Shown here: piece after piece, positions 20,111-29,405 of the stretch
Position numbering within the stretch: position 1 is the first letter of the stretch
Layout: each line of letters opens with the position of its first letter
Source of the DNA: Clostridium sp.
GTDB lineage: Bacteria > Bacillota > Clostridia > Clostridiales > Clostridiaceae
DNA length: 64,000 bases
NCBI RefSeq assembly: GCF_016650035.1
Contig: NZ_JAENWM010000004.1
Coordinates: 5,896-69,895, forward strand
Direction of reading: 5' to 3'
The notes under the pieces: generated by a model
Databases searched by the model: none
What the model saw: only the letters and a program-made list of their open reading frames with translations
What the model was told of the DNA's origin: nothing
Program-made: the position numbers and the translations under genes

Positions 20111-20150
20111 AGTTTTCAATTTTGAAAATATATAATCAAAATTGAAAACT
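20111..20150. promoter_or_regulatory. Candidate enhancer (UAS) for the sigma54 activator
   Basis: AGTTTTCAATTTTGA-N10-TCAAAATTGAAAACT perfect 15 bp inverted repeat; the left arm is itself part of the dyad TTTTCAA-TT-TTGAAAA. Confidence 0.6.
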
Positions 20151-21927
20151 ATGAATCATATTCGTTCATTCTTCTATATAATGTGGTTAAACTTATACCA
20201 AGTTTTTTTGAAGTTTCCTTTTTCCCTTCAATAGTTCTTCCATATCGTTTGAGATACTGTTCTATAATATTTCTCTGAAATATATTTGTGATTTCTTCAA
20301 GATTTCCCTTTATAATTGATTCTTCACAGTAAAATTTATTTGTTTTTGGTTCATCTAACATAAAATAATCAGGCATATCATTAATTTCAATTACTTCATT
20401 TTCGGAAAAAATTACTGCATATTCCAGAACATTTTCAAGTTCACGAATATTTCCCGGCCAATTATATAATAAAAATTTTCTTTCAACTTCTGTTGATATT
20501 ATTTTATGGGTTATCCCCATTTTTTCACATATATTATTGAGAATATACCCACAGCATAACAGAACATCCTCTTCTCTTTCAGCAAGCGTAGGAATACACA
20601 ATGGTATAACGTTCAATCTATAATATAAATCTTGCCTAAACTTTTGATCTTTCACGAGCTCTAAAAGGTCTTTGTGAGTTGCCGTAATTATTCTTACATC
20701 AACTTTTATTGGATAGTTACCACCTACCCTTACTATTTCTCTTTGTTGAAGAACTCTTAATAATTTGGGTTGAAGATGCAATGGAAAATCTCCAATTTCG
20801 TCTAAAAATAATGTACCCTTGTTTGCTAACTCAAATTTCCCTATTTTCCCCTGAGGGTTTGCTCCTGTGAAAGCACCCTTCTCATAGCCAAAAAGCTCGG
20901 ATTCTAAAAGATTTTCAGGTATGGTTGAACAATTTAATGCAATAAATGGCCTGTTTTTTCTAGGACTTGAATTATGAATAGACATGGCAACTAATTCTTT
21001 TCCTGTTCCACTATCCCCTTGAATTAAAATTGTCGCAGAAGTTTGGGCTGAAACCTTAGCTTTCTCAATAACATTCACTAATTTTTTACTTTTGCCTACT
21101 ATATTATTAAAATTTATTTGGGAGTCACCCTTTGCATTCAGTGCTCTATCCAATATTTCTTCTATTTCATCAAAGCTTATCAGAATTGATATTCTTTTAT
21201 CATTCAATACCATATTACTTATTTTATATAATACTTTTAGCTTTTTCCCATTTACTTCCCATTCTCCCATAGTTTCAATGTCATTTGTCCCTTTTGTTAT
21301 AATATTTTTTATTACGTTTTCCACAGATTTATAAAGTACTTTCTCATAACTAAGATTTAAACCTAATATATTTATAGATTTTGCATTAACATGGGTTATT
21401 TCCTTTTCGGAATTTAAAATAATAATTCCCTTGTCTATTGAGTTAATAATTACGTCAACTTCTGCAATTTCAACATTGAGACTATTTAAAATTCTGATGT
21501 TTTCTATTTCCTTTTGAATTTGTTCAACAATCTGAGATAAAATATAGAAGTATTCATTCTGTTTATTAATCATTAGATTCTTTTGTTCAGACTTAAATGC
21601 GATAAATCCTATTACTCCCAGAATGCTGTTTCCTATAATAATGGGATAAGCCATGCTACAAATTTCCTTGCATTCAACGTATGCATAACAATCTCTGCAT
21701 ATGTTACTATCCAGCTTACTAACGTTAATTTCAGATTTACCGGAATTTAATATCTTAGAGAAAATGGAATTCTTAGGGCTATCTTTATTTACCTGCTCAT
21801 AATAGTCTCCTGTACCAACTATCCTTACAAGATTTTGATCTACAACGGTAACGTCAACATTTAATCTTAAACATACATCATCTGCAAACTGTTGAATTTT
21901 ATCCTGTATTAACCTCAAATAAGACAT
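20149..21927 (-). CDS. Sigma54-dependent enhancer-binding protein (CdsR-like)
   Basis: GDSGTGKE Walker A, ESELFGYEKGAFTGA, LFLDEIG, WPGNIREL, C-terminal HTH LGISLTTLYRR. Confidence 0.93.
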   Translation of the reverse strand: MSYLRLIQDKIQQFADDVCLRLNVDVTVVDQNLVRIVGTGDYYEQVNKDSPKNSIFSKILNSGKSEINVSKLDSNICRDCYAYVECKEICSMAYPIIIGNSILGVIGFIAFKSEQKNLMINKQNEYFYILSQIVEQIQKEIENIRILNSLNVEIAEVDVIINSIDKGIIILNSEKEITHVNAKSINILGLNLSYEKVLYKSVENVIKNIITKGTNDIETMGEWEVNGKKLKVLYKISNMVLNDKRISILISFDEIEEILDRALNAKGDSQINFNNIVGKSKKLVNVIEKAKVSAQTSATILIQGDSGTGKELVAMSIHNSSPRKNRPFIALNCSTIPENLLESELFGYEKGAFTGANPQGKIGKFELANKGTLFLDEIGDFPLHLQPKLLRVLQQREIVRVGGNYPIKVDVRIITATHKDLLELVKDQKFRQDLYYRLNVIPLCIPTLAEREEDVLLCCGYILNNICEKMGITHKIISTEVERKFLLYNWPGNIRELENVLEYAVIFSENEVIEINDMPDYFMLDEPKTNKFYCEESIIKGNLEEITNIFQRNIIEQYLKRYGRTIEGKKETSKKLGISLTTLYRRMNEYDS

Positions 21928-21997
21928 ATTACCCCCCCCTAGTGTAATTGTAATTATTTTTAGTTCACTAGTACTATTGTATCTATGAATTATTAAC

Positions 21998-22019
21998 TGT
22001 ATTGTTGTCTTTACAACTT
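21998..22019. promoter_or_regulatory. Palindromic operator B upstream of the sigma54 activator gene
   Basis: TGTATTGTTGTCTTTACAACTT; near-identical to 18629..18650. Confidence 0.7.
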
Positions 22020-22187
22020 CTTAATTCTAGTTTATAATTTTTTTAACCAAAAGTCAACCAATATTTGTTATTTTAGTAAAATATTATAAAATATATTTTG
22101 TTGATTTGTCATAACTAATTACTCCCATTTTTTCTTATATAAATCATATTAGTATAACTCTGTATCATTCAATTCTTAATAAATGTT

Positions 22188-22319
22188 CTATAATTGGGCA
22201 TAAAAAGACCCGGAGAACATTAAACTGTACCACGGGTATATAATTATATAAATTTGCCTATTTTCATAAGATGGTGATATCCCACCATTGCTTTCCGCTT
22301 GTAATAATGCTATGTTCAA
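22188..22319 (-). CDS. Possible 43 aa ORF or chimeric gene stump
   Basis: AAGGAGG-N5-TTG; MNIALLQAESNGGISPSYENRQIYIIIYPWYSLMFSGSFYAQL*; reads through the NiCo-like repeat. Confidence 0.25.
   Translation of the reverse strand: MNIALLQAESNGGISPSYENRQIYIIIYPWYSLMFSGSFYAQL
22208..22245 (-). repeat. Degenerate copy of the NiCo riboswitch 3' end and terminator
   Basis: 35/38 ungapped identity to 12718..12755, same orientation. Confidence 0.85.
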
Positions 22320-22483
22320 ATTAGCCTCCTTAATTTTTGATGCTTTTGCCTATCTCTATTTATTTTACAATACAGGTAAAACATCCTTGTTTCACTATGG
22401 TTTCTATACATATGAAAATAAATTATATTAAGTTGTAAATTTCTGTTATGTTACTACACATACCCCTTCAGCAGTACTGTGTA

Positions 22484-23215
22484 TTACGTTAACTCAAAAT
22501 TAATAAATGGTTTATATTTATCTGCTTTTGCTATGGTTACGGTATAGGCTATGATTTCATTTTTTTCACCTATTATGTTCGATTCCCAGGATATAAGTGG
22601 TCTATCTTTTGGAACATTTAACATATTCATTTCAAATTTGCTAGGAAACTTGGCATCAATGTGTATGTGAAGGTACTTCGGATTCAAATTTAAAATATTT
22701 TTAAGATATTCATGTAGATAATAATTCGACAAATTCTCTTCATTATGTATACTACCATTAATTATTGATGCTGGGATATAAGAGTAGTCAATAGCTATAG
22801 TCTCCTTTAAATCAACCATTTCCCTTGTGATTTTACATACCTCTTCCCCCTCTTTAAGATTAAGTTTTTTAATTATACTTTCATTTGCATTCATAAATTC
22901 AATACTTACTACTTTATGGTTTCTAAATTCAGAAATTTCAGATGAAATTTTAGATGATTTAGAAAGTGTATGTTTCATACCTAGAAAATCCTCATTTGTA
23001 AATTTCACAAATGTACCCTTTCCTCTGATCCTTTCTACTATGCCAAGTATATTTAATTCCGAAACAGCCTTATTTGAGGTAACTCTGCTTACATTAAACA
23101 TAACAGAAAGCTCATTTTCTGATGGTAATTTATCTCCTATGACAAAATCACCCTGGCTTATCTTATCAATAATATAGTTTTGAATTATTACATATTTCGG
23201 TGTAAAATCATTCAC
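22484..23215 (-). CDS. GntR-family regulator, HutC/UTRA subfamily
   Basis: GDKLPSENEL..FNVSRVT..RIRGKGTFV wHTH plus a UTRA-length C-terminal domain; 243 aa. Confidence 0.92.
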   Translation of the reverse strand: MNDFTPKYVIIQNYIIDKISQGDFVIGDKLPSENELSVMFNVSRVTSNKAVSELNILGIVERIRGKGTFVKFTNEDFLGMKHTLSKSSKISSEISEFRNHKVVSIEFMNANESIIKKLNLKEGEEVCKITREMVDLKETIAIDYSYIPASIINGSIHNEENLSNYYLHEYLKNILNLNPKYLHIHIDAKFPSKFEMNMLNVPKDRPLISWESNIIGEKNEIIAYTVTIAKADKYKPFINFELT

Positions 23216-23416
23216 TTTATATCTCTCCTTAATTACTTATTATATTATTATTATCATAAGCTATTACTAAAATAAAGACAATAATACATATACAAATATA
23301 TTTATTCTCATGAGAATTGATTTCCCACTAATTTAGATAATATAAGATTTTATGAGGATCAGTATATATAGCCTACTAGCCACTTTTTATTTTCGTTCTT
23401 AACTTACCAAGTGCCA

Positions 23417-24322
23417 TCACATATTTAGCAAAACAACTGCTACAACTATAAAGCCTATAGATATAAATTGACGTGTAGTCAGTTTTTCTTTGAAGAATAG
23501 CAAGTTAATAATATTAACTACTAGGATTACACCTACTGAAAATAAGGGGAATACAACGAATGCAGGAATTGATGTAAGAGCGCGCAGTAAGAACTGGGAT
23601 ATAAATTGAGAAGGGATTCCTGCTATAAGACCAAAGATAATATCCGTACGCTTTATCCTACGATCCTTAACCAACATGAATATTCCTGTAACTATAAATG
23701 AGAACAGAAATGTGAAAAAGATAAACAAACTTTGAAATTCTTCTGTTCCATATATCTGGTATATCTTAGAAGTAAAGTCACAAAACCCTCCAAGAAAGAA
23801 TGTACCAAATAGTGCGAATTTTAAGGTTACAATATTATTTTCCTCTTTTTTAAAGTAAATAACCAATATTGCTGACATTGCAACTAATACACCCACAATC
23901 TGCAATAACTTAGGGATTTCATGAAAGAAGATAACAGATAAAATAGCCGGCACCATGACGCCAATCTTATTGAATGTAGCCGTCATTGCACTGCCATTAT
24001 GTGCAGTACTTATTTGTAATAAATAAAATGCACCAAAATAGATAAAACCATTAAATAAAGCAAGAAGCAATGTGAATATAGATGGCGTAATCCGAATTAA
24101 ATTACTGCCTTGAGCTGTTCTTTGTCCTAATTCAGATATGAATAAAGTAACCCATTGAGGGTCAGATATCATTTGTGTAAAAGCAAGCATCAGGCTGAAG
24201 ATAGTTGCTCCTAGAAAACTGAAAAAACAGACTGCTAAACGGTTAGAATTGCTTTTTTCAGTAAACTTAAATAAGACATTTAAACTTGAAGAGAAAAGTA
24301 TTGCAAAAATAAGAAATATCAT
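23417..24322 (-). CDS. DMT/EamA-family transporter
   Basis: 301 aa, about 10 hydrophobic segments in two similar halves, C-terminal FFKEKLT..GF. Confidence 0.8.
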   Translation of the reverse strand: MIFLIFAILFSSSLNVLFKFTEKSNSNRLAVCFFSFLGATIFSLMLAFTQMISDPQWVTLFISELGQRTAQGSNLIRITPSIFTLLLALFNGFIYFGAFYLLQISTAHNGSAMTATFNKIGVMVPAILSVIFFHEIPKLLQIVGVLVAMSAILVIYFKKEENNIVTLKFALFGTFFLGGFCDFTSKIYQIYGTEEFQSLFIFFTFLFSFIVTGIFMLVKDRRIKRTDIIFGLIAGIPSQFISQFLLRALTSIPAFVVFPLFSVGVILVVNIINLLFFKEKLTTRQFISIGFIVVAVVLLNM

Positions 24323-24671
24323 ATTATTTTCTCCTTTTCATAATTATTGTTCAATTGCTACTAATGTAACATCTATTTCATTTATATCTAATATCAATTG
24401 CCTTTGCATTTTTACCTTCCATTTCATCCTATTAGTATGTAATTTATTTTTTAATTTAATTACATAATATTATATCATATTTATATTTATATCTCTAATT
24501 CAATTAACATATGCTTAAATCACTAATAGGGGACTCGCCAACATTTCTCTGAATCACACCAATAGGGTAAAAAACAACCTAAAGCTAACTAATACCTATA
24601 AATAGGCTAATCCAAAATATCTATTGAAAAAGAAGTTTATCATCAATCATTCTGCCTAGTTTGTGCATACC

Positions 24672-25170
24672 AATTGCTTTTATAACAGAAAAATATCCTT
24701 GCTGAACCATGTCCTCAAACTCATAGCTTTCTATATAGTATTTTAAAGTTTCTTTTAAAACCAAATATTTTCTCTACCTTTAAATCCTGTACCTCCCACT
24801 TTCGGTAAAGTATCTCTATAAACTTGAAGTTTTTCACTTTACTTAATTCTTTATTTACGCATTTAATTGCATTGCTGTTATTTGTCAGATTAAATTTTAT
24901 CTAGTTTAAAATCATAATTTCTTTTGTTTCATCACAATAAACTATCTTATTGTACTCACAGAACCTATTAAGAAGCTTGTCTATAGTTTCTCTATTATAT
25001 CCAGTCTCAATAACTATGATTTGTTTAGTAAGTTCATAAATACCACACTGACTCAGAGTCTAGTGTTAATGATATAAACTATACTTATATAGAAATTCAG
25101 GAGGACGATGCTCATGGCAAGTAGTTATATAAGGAAAAGAAACAAGAAACATAGTGCAATTCTAAAGTAG
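24672..25170. mobile_element. Mosaic of phage-like gene fragments
   Basis: Minus strand 25053->~24760: SQCGIYELTKQIIVIETGYNRETIDKLLNRFCEYNKIVYCDETKEIMILN*IKFN..KCVNKELSKVKN (replication/DnaD-type). ~24757->24672: YYIESYEFEDMVQQGYFSVIK (sigma region 2-like). Plus strand 25114..25170: RBS plus MASSYIRKRNKKHSAILK* (integrase arm-domain-like). Confidence 0.55.
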
Positions 25171-25457
25171 GAAGTTAATGCTAATAACTCATTTCTTCAC
25201 ATAAGACACATATAAAATAAGCATGACATATGCAAATTCTCATTCTAACCACATATAATATTTATTCTTATGTCGTATTACCTATCTACCTAACTATGTC
25301 TTACAACTATTATATAAGGCATTATTCCCCCTATTGACCATTAGCTTGAATAGTAACTTAGTTTATAGATAAAAAAAGCACGGTTTTTCATTCTAAAATG
25401 ATTCCCGTACTTTTTATTTGTTTTTCTCCGTGCCTTTTGAATCTTATAAAAATATAA

Positions 25458-26936
25458 TTATAGTATAATGCAGATTAAACTGCCATTACCCTCATTAATA
25501 ATTCTTTGAAGAGTCTTCTGAATTTTTACTTGCACATCATCAGGCATCTTAAATAATTTATTTTGAAGGCCCTCTTTAACTAATACTTCCAAAGATTTAC
25601 CAAACATATTACTCTGCCAAATTTGAGATTTATCATTTTCAAACTGATCTAAGATGGATTTATAGAACTCTTCACTTTGCTTTTCCGTACCCATAATAGG
25701 GGACACTTCAGTCTGTATATCTGCCCTTATAAAATGAAGTGAAGGTGCCGAGGCCCTTAATTTAACTCCATATCTGCCACCATGTTGTACTATTTCAGGT
25801 TCTTCTAAAGTCATTTCTGAAAGTTGTGGTGCTACAAGTCCATATCCTTTTTCTTTAACATCTCTTAAAGCATCTGCAATTTTATCATATTCGGTTTTAG
25901 CTCTAGAGAACTCTCCCATTAATGTTAACAGATCATTTTCTCCCTTTATTTCACAAGCACAAGTTTCACCTAGTATTTTGTAAAATAATTCTTGCCTAGG
26001 AATTAAATTAACTCTGGCAGTACCTTCTCCCATATTCATTTCATCAAGTCTTGCAGAATCTAAAAAATCAACTTCTTTAAAGCTTAGTAAAGATTTATTT
26101 ATATCTCTAACTTTAAATATATCCTTACACATATCTTTTAAGAATTTCATAAAGCTAATTTTTACCCAATGCTTAGAACTTAAATTTTCAATCCACTCTG
26201 GCATATCTATGTTAATTTCTTTAACTGGGAATTCTTTAAGAACCCTTTGGAATATATTGGCTATATCTCCCTCATTCATATTTAGTACATCCATAACTTG
26301 AACTGGCACATCATATTTTTCTTCTAATTCCGTTGCTAAGGCTGCTGTTTCAGGTGTAGATGCATTTTTGGAATTTAACACCATTATAAAAGGTTTATTA
26401 ATGGCCTTAAGCTCATTAACCACCCTTTCTTCAGCTTCTACATATTCCATTCGTTCTATGCCTGTGATAGAACCATCTGTAGTGATCAAAAGTCCAATAG
26501 TTGAATGTTCATTTATTACCTTCTTTGTTCCAAGTTCTGCCGCTTCTTCAAATGGAATTTCATAGTCGTACCAAGGAGTTGTAACCATTTTAGGTGTTTC
26601 TCCTTCAGCATATCCTAGCGCTCCTTTAACAATGTACCCAACACAATCAACCATTCTTACTTTGAATTTAGTGCCACCCTCAAATTCAATTTCTACTGCT
26701 TCGTTGGGTACAAATTTAGGTTCAGTAGTATGAATTGATTTCCCTGAACCACTTTGAGGTAGTTCATCTATGGCTCTTTCTTTTTTATGGGGATTGTCTA
26801 TTTTAGGAATTACCAAAAGCTCCATAAATCTCTTTATAAATGTCGATTTTCCAGTTCTTACGGGACCTACAACACCTACGTAAATATCCCCTTGAGTTCT
26901 CTCTGCTATATCCTTGTATATATCAAAATTATCCAA
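25458..26936 (-). CDS. spoIVA: Stage IV sporulation protein A
   Basis: DIAERTQGDIYVGVVGPVRTGKSTFIKRF; C-terminal LICIIL; TTG start at 26936. Confidence 0.98.
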   Translation of the reverse strand: MDNFDIYKDIAERTQGDIYVGVVGPVRTGKSTFIKRFMELLVIPKIDNPHKKERAIDELPQSGSGKSIHTTEPKFVPNEAVEIEFEGGTKFKVRMVDCVGYIVKGALGYAEGETPKMVTTPWYDYEIPFEEAAELGTKKVINEHSTIGLLITTDGSITGIERMEYVEAEERVVNELKAINKPFIMVLNSKNASTPETAALATELEEKYDVPVQVMDVLNMNEGDIANIFQRVLKEFPVKEINIDMPEWIENLSSKHWVKISFMKFLKDMCKDIFKVRDINKSLLSFKEVDFLDSARLDEMNMGEGTARVNLIPRQELFYKILGETCACEIKGENDLLTLMGEFSRAKTEYDKIADALRDVKEKGYGLVAPQLSEMTLEEPEIVQHGGRYGVKLRASAPSLHFIRADIQTEVSPIMGTEKQSEEFYKSILDQFENDKSQIWQSNMFGKSLEVLVKEGLQNKLFKMPDDVQVKIQKTLQRIINEGNGSLICIIL

Positions 26937-27092
26937 GATATACCCTCCCAATTCTTATTATTAACATTATAATTATATTTTAGATAACAATGAATTATTA
27001 CTACTGATTAAAAAAATATAAAAAAAACCAATTTTTCATTAATTACTTAGTGAAAAATTGGTTTTTTATATTAAAATTCTTATTTATAATCT

Positions 27093-28085
27093 TTAGAATT
27101 CATTTTTTTTATTTCTTGACATCAATTCATATACCGCATATTTACATTCTTTACCTTCAAATAATACTTTGTACAGTGCATCTGTTATTGGCATAGACAC
27201 CTGCTGTTTTTCTTTAAGTTCATAGAAGGCTCTTGTAGCTTTTATACCCTCGACTACCATTCCGATGTCCTCGCAAGCCTTATCCATAGGAATACCCTTG
27301 CCAATTAGAATCCCTGCCCTTCTATTTCTACTATGCATACTAGTACAAGTTACAATAAGATCTCCCATACCCGTTAAGCCATAGAAGGTTTCAGTTTTAC
27401 CTCCAAGTACAGTGCCTATCCTTATAATTTCACTCATTCCTCTTGTCATAAGTGCAGCCTTTGAATTGTCCCCGTAGCCTATACCATCTGACACTCCTGC
27501 AGCTAGTGCAATAATGTTTTTAACAGCGCCGCCTATCTCCACACCAATAATGTCTTCATTAGTGTAGACTCTAAATTTATTGGTCATGAATACATCTTGA
27601 ACAATCTTTGCATACTCCATTTTTTTAGATGAAACTACTACTGTTGTAGGAATATCTAAAGCAACCTCTTCGGCATGACTAGGGCCTGATAGTATTACTA
27701 TAGGATTATTTGGAATTTCTTCTTCTATTACCTGTGATATTCTTTTTAATGAATGCTCTTCGATTCCTTTTGCAATACTAACCACAATTTGATTCTGTTT
27801 TAAATAAGGTGCTATCTTCTTACTTAGCTCTCTTATTACATGTGAAGGCACCGCCAGAACTATTATATCACTCTCACTTATAACCAATTCTAAATCAGTG
27901 AATGCTGTTACTCCTGCTGGTATGATAACACTCGGTAAATATTTGATATTTTCTCGTTTAATATTAATGTCATTAATAACAGCAAGTTTTCTATCCCATA
28001 TATTAACTTTTGTTCCTTTTTTGGCAAGCATAATGGATAATGCAGTACCAAAACTCCCACCACCTAAAAAAGCAACTTTTAGCAT
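27093..28085 (-). CDS. gpsA: NAD(P)H-dependent glycerol-3-phosphate dehydrogenase
   Basis: [40 protein letters not shown]. Confidence 0.97.
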   Translation of the reverse strand: MLKVAFLGGGSFGTALSIMLAKKGTKVNIWDRKLAVINDINIKRENIKYLPSVIIPAGVTAFTDLELVISESDIIVLAVPSHVIRELSKKIAPYLKQNQIVVSIAKGIEEHSLKRISQVIEEEIPNNPIVILSGPSHAEEVALDIPTTVVVSSKKMEYAKIVQDVFMTNKFRVYTNEDIIGVEIGGAVKNIIALAAGVSDGIGYGDNSKAALMTRGMSEIIRIGTVLGGKTETFYGLTGMGDLIVTCTSMHSRNRRAGILIGKGIPMDKACEDIGMVVEGIKATRAFYELKEKQQVSMPITDALYKVLFEGKECKYAVYELMSRNKKNEF

Positions 28086-28086
28086 T

Positions 28087-29403
28087 CTATTCCTTCCTTT
28101 CCCTAAATATAAGCCTTATTCCTGTTCCGTTAAATTCAAAGCTACTTCTCAATTGATTTTCTAAATATCTTTGATATGAGAAATGCAATAAATTCGAATT
28201 ATTTACAAAGAACACGAATGTTGGCGGTTTAGAGTCTACTTGAGTAACATAGAATATTTTAAGTCTCTTATTCGCCACTGTTGGAGGTTCTTGCATAAGA
28301 ACCGCTTTATTAACAACCTCGTTAAGTATCCCTGTAGAAATTCTTTTTGAATAATTATCAAAACATTCTTTAACTGTAGATAATACCTTATGTACTCTTT
28401 GACCTGTTTTTGCAGATATAAATAAATAAGGTGCATATGCCATAAAGTTTAATCCAGCTTGTAATTTTCTCTTATACTCAAGCATAGTTTTATCATCTTT
28501 TTCAATAAGATCCCACTTATTCACTATAATTAATATTGCTTTTTTCATTTCATGAGCATACCCTATAATTTTCTCATCTTGATCACTTAATTCATCTGTA
28601 GCATCAATGATAAGTATTACTACATCAGCTCTCTCAACGGCAGCTAGCGATCTAATAACACTATATCTCTCAATCCCATCATTAACTTTACTTTTTCTTC
28701 TTATTCCTGCAGTATCTATAAGAACAAATTTACCATCTGCAGTTTCCAGTTTACTATCAATAGCATCTCTTGTAGTACCTGCAATATCAGTGACTATATT
28801 TCTATCTTCACCAAGCATTTTATTTATTAGTGATGATTTACCAACATTTGGCTTACCTACAACTGCAACTTGAATATATTCTTCGTTTTCTGTACTTGAA
28901 TATACGCTTTCAAAATGTGCTACTACCTCATCTAACATATCACCCAGTCCAAGTCCTTGGGTAGCTGAAATAGCTACTGGATTCCCTATACCTAAATTAT
29001 AAAATTCAAAAGCATTAGCTTCTAGTTCTAGATGATCTATTTTGTTTACAACTAGTACTATTGGTTTTTTACTTGACCTAAGCATTTGTGCAACTTCAGT
29101 ATCTGCACCTGTAAGTCCTTGTTTACCATCTACTATAAATATTATAACATCCGCTGTTTCTATAGCTATTTGTGCCTGTCTTCTCATTTGAGCTAAAATA
29201 ATATCTTGACTTTCAACTTCAATACCACCTGTATCAATTATTGTGAAATTATGTCTAAGCCAATCTGCATCAGCGTACACCCTGTCTCTTGTTACACCTG
29301 GTTTATCATCAACTATGGATATTCTTTTACCTGCTAACTTATTGAATAAAGTAGATTTCCCTACATTGGGTCTTCCTACTATTGCTACGATTGGTTTTGC
29401 CAT
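28087..29403 (-). CDS. der: Ribosome biogenesis GTPase Der
   Basis: Two GTPase domains ([16 protein letters not shown]; DTGG/DTAG; NKID/NKWD). Confidence 0.98.
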   Translation of the reverse strand: MAKPIVAIVGRPNVGKSTLFNKLAGKRISIVDDKPGVTRDRVYADADWLRHNFTIIDTGGIEVESQDIILAQMRRQAQIAIETADVIIFIVDGKQGLTGADTEVAQMLRSSKKPIVLVVNKIDHLELEANAFEFYNLGIGNPVAISATQGLGLGDMLDEVVAHFESVYSSTENEEYIQVAVVGKPNVGKSSLINKMLGEDRNIVTDIAGTTRDAIDSKLETADGKFVLIDTAGIRRKSKVNDGIERYSVIRSLAAVERADVVILIIDATDELSDQDEKIIGYAHEMKKAILIIVNKWDLIEKDDKTMLEYKRKLQAGLNFMAYAPYLFISAKTGQRVHKVLSTVKECFDNYSKRISTGILNEVVNKAVLMQEPPTVANKRLKIFYVTQVDSKPPTFVFFVNNSNLLHFSYQRYLENQLRSSFEFNGTGIRLIFRERKE

Positions 29404-29405
29404 TA

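Noticed and set aside
22200-22300. Purine riboswitch suggested by TATATAAT
   Set aside because: Lacks the AUAUGG, UUUCUAC and CCGUAAA elements; explained by the NiCo 3' duplicate.
24520-24560. UUGGCGAGUCCCC on the minus strand resembling a yybP-ykoY 3' strand
   Set aside because: No matching 5' GGGGAGUAGC strand upstream.
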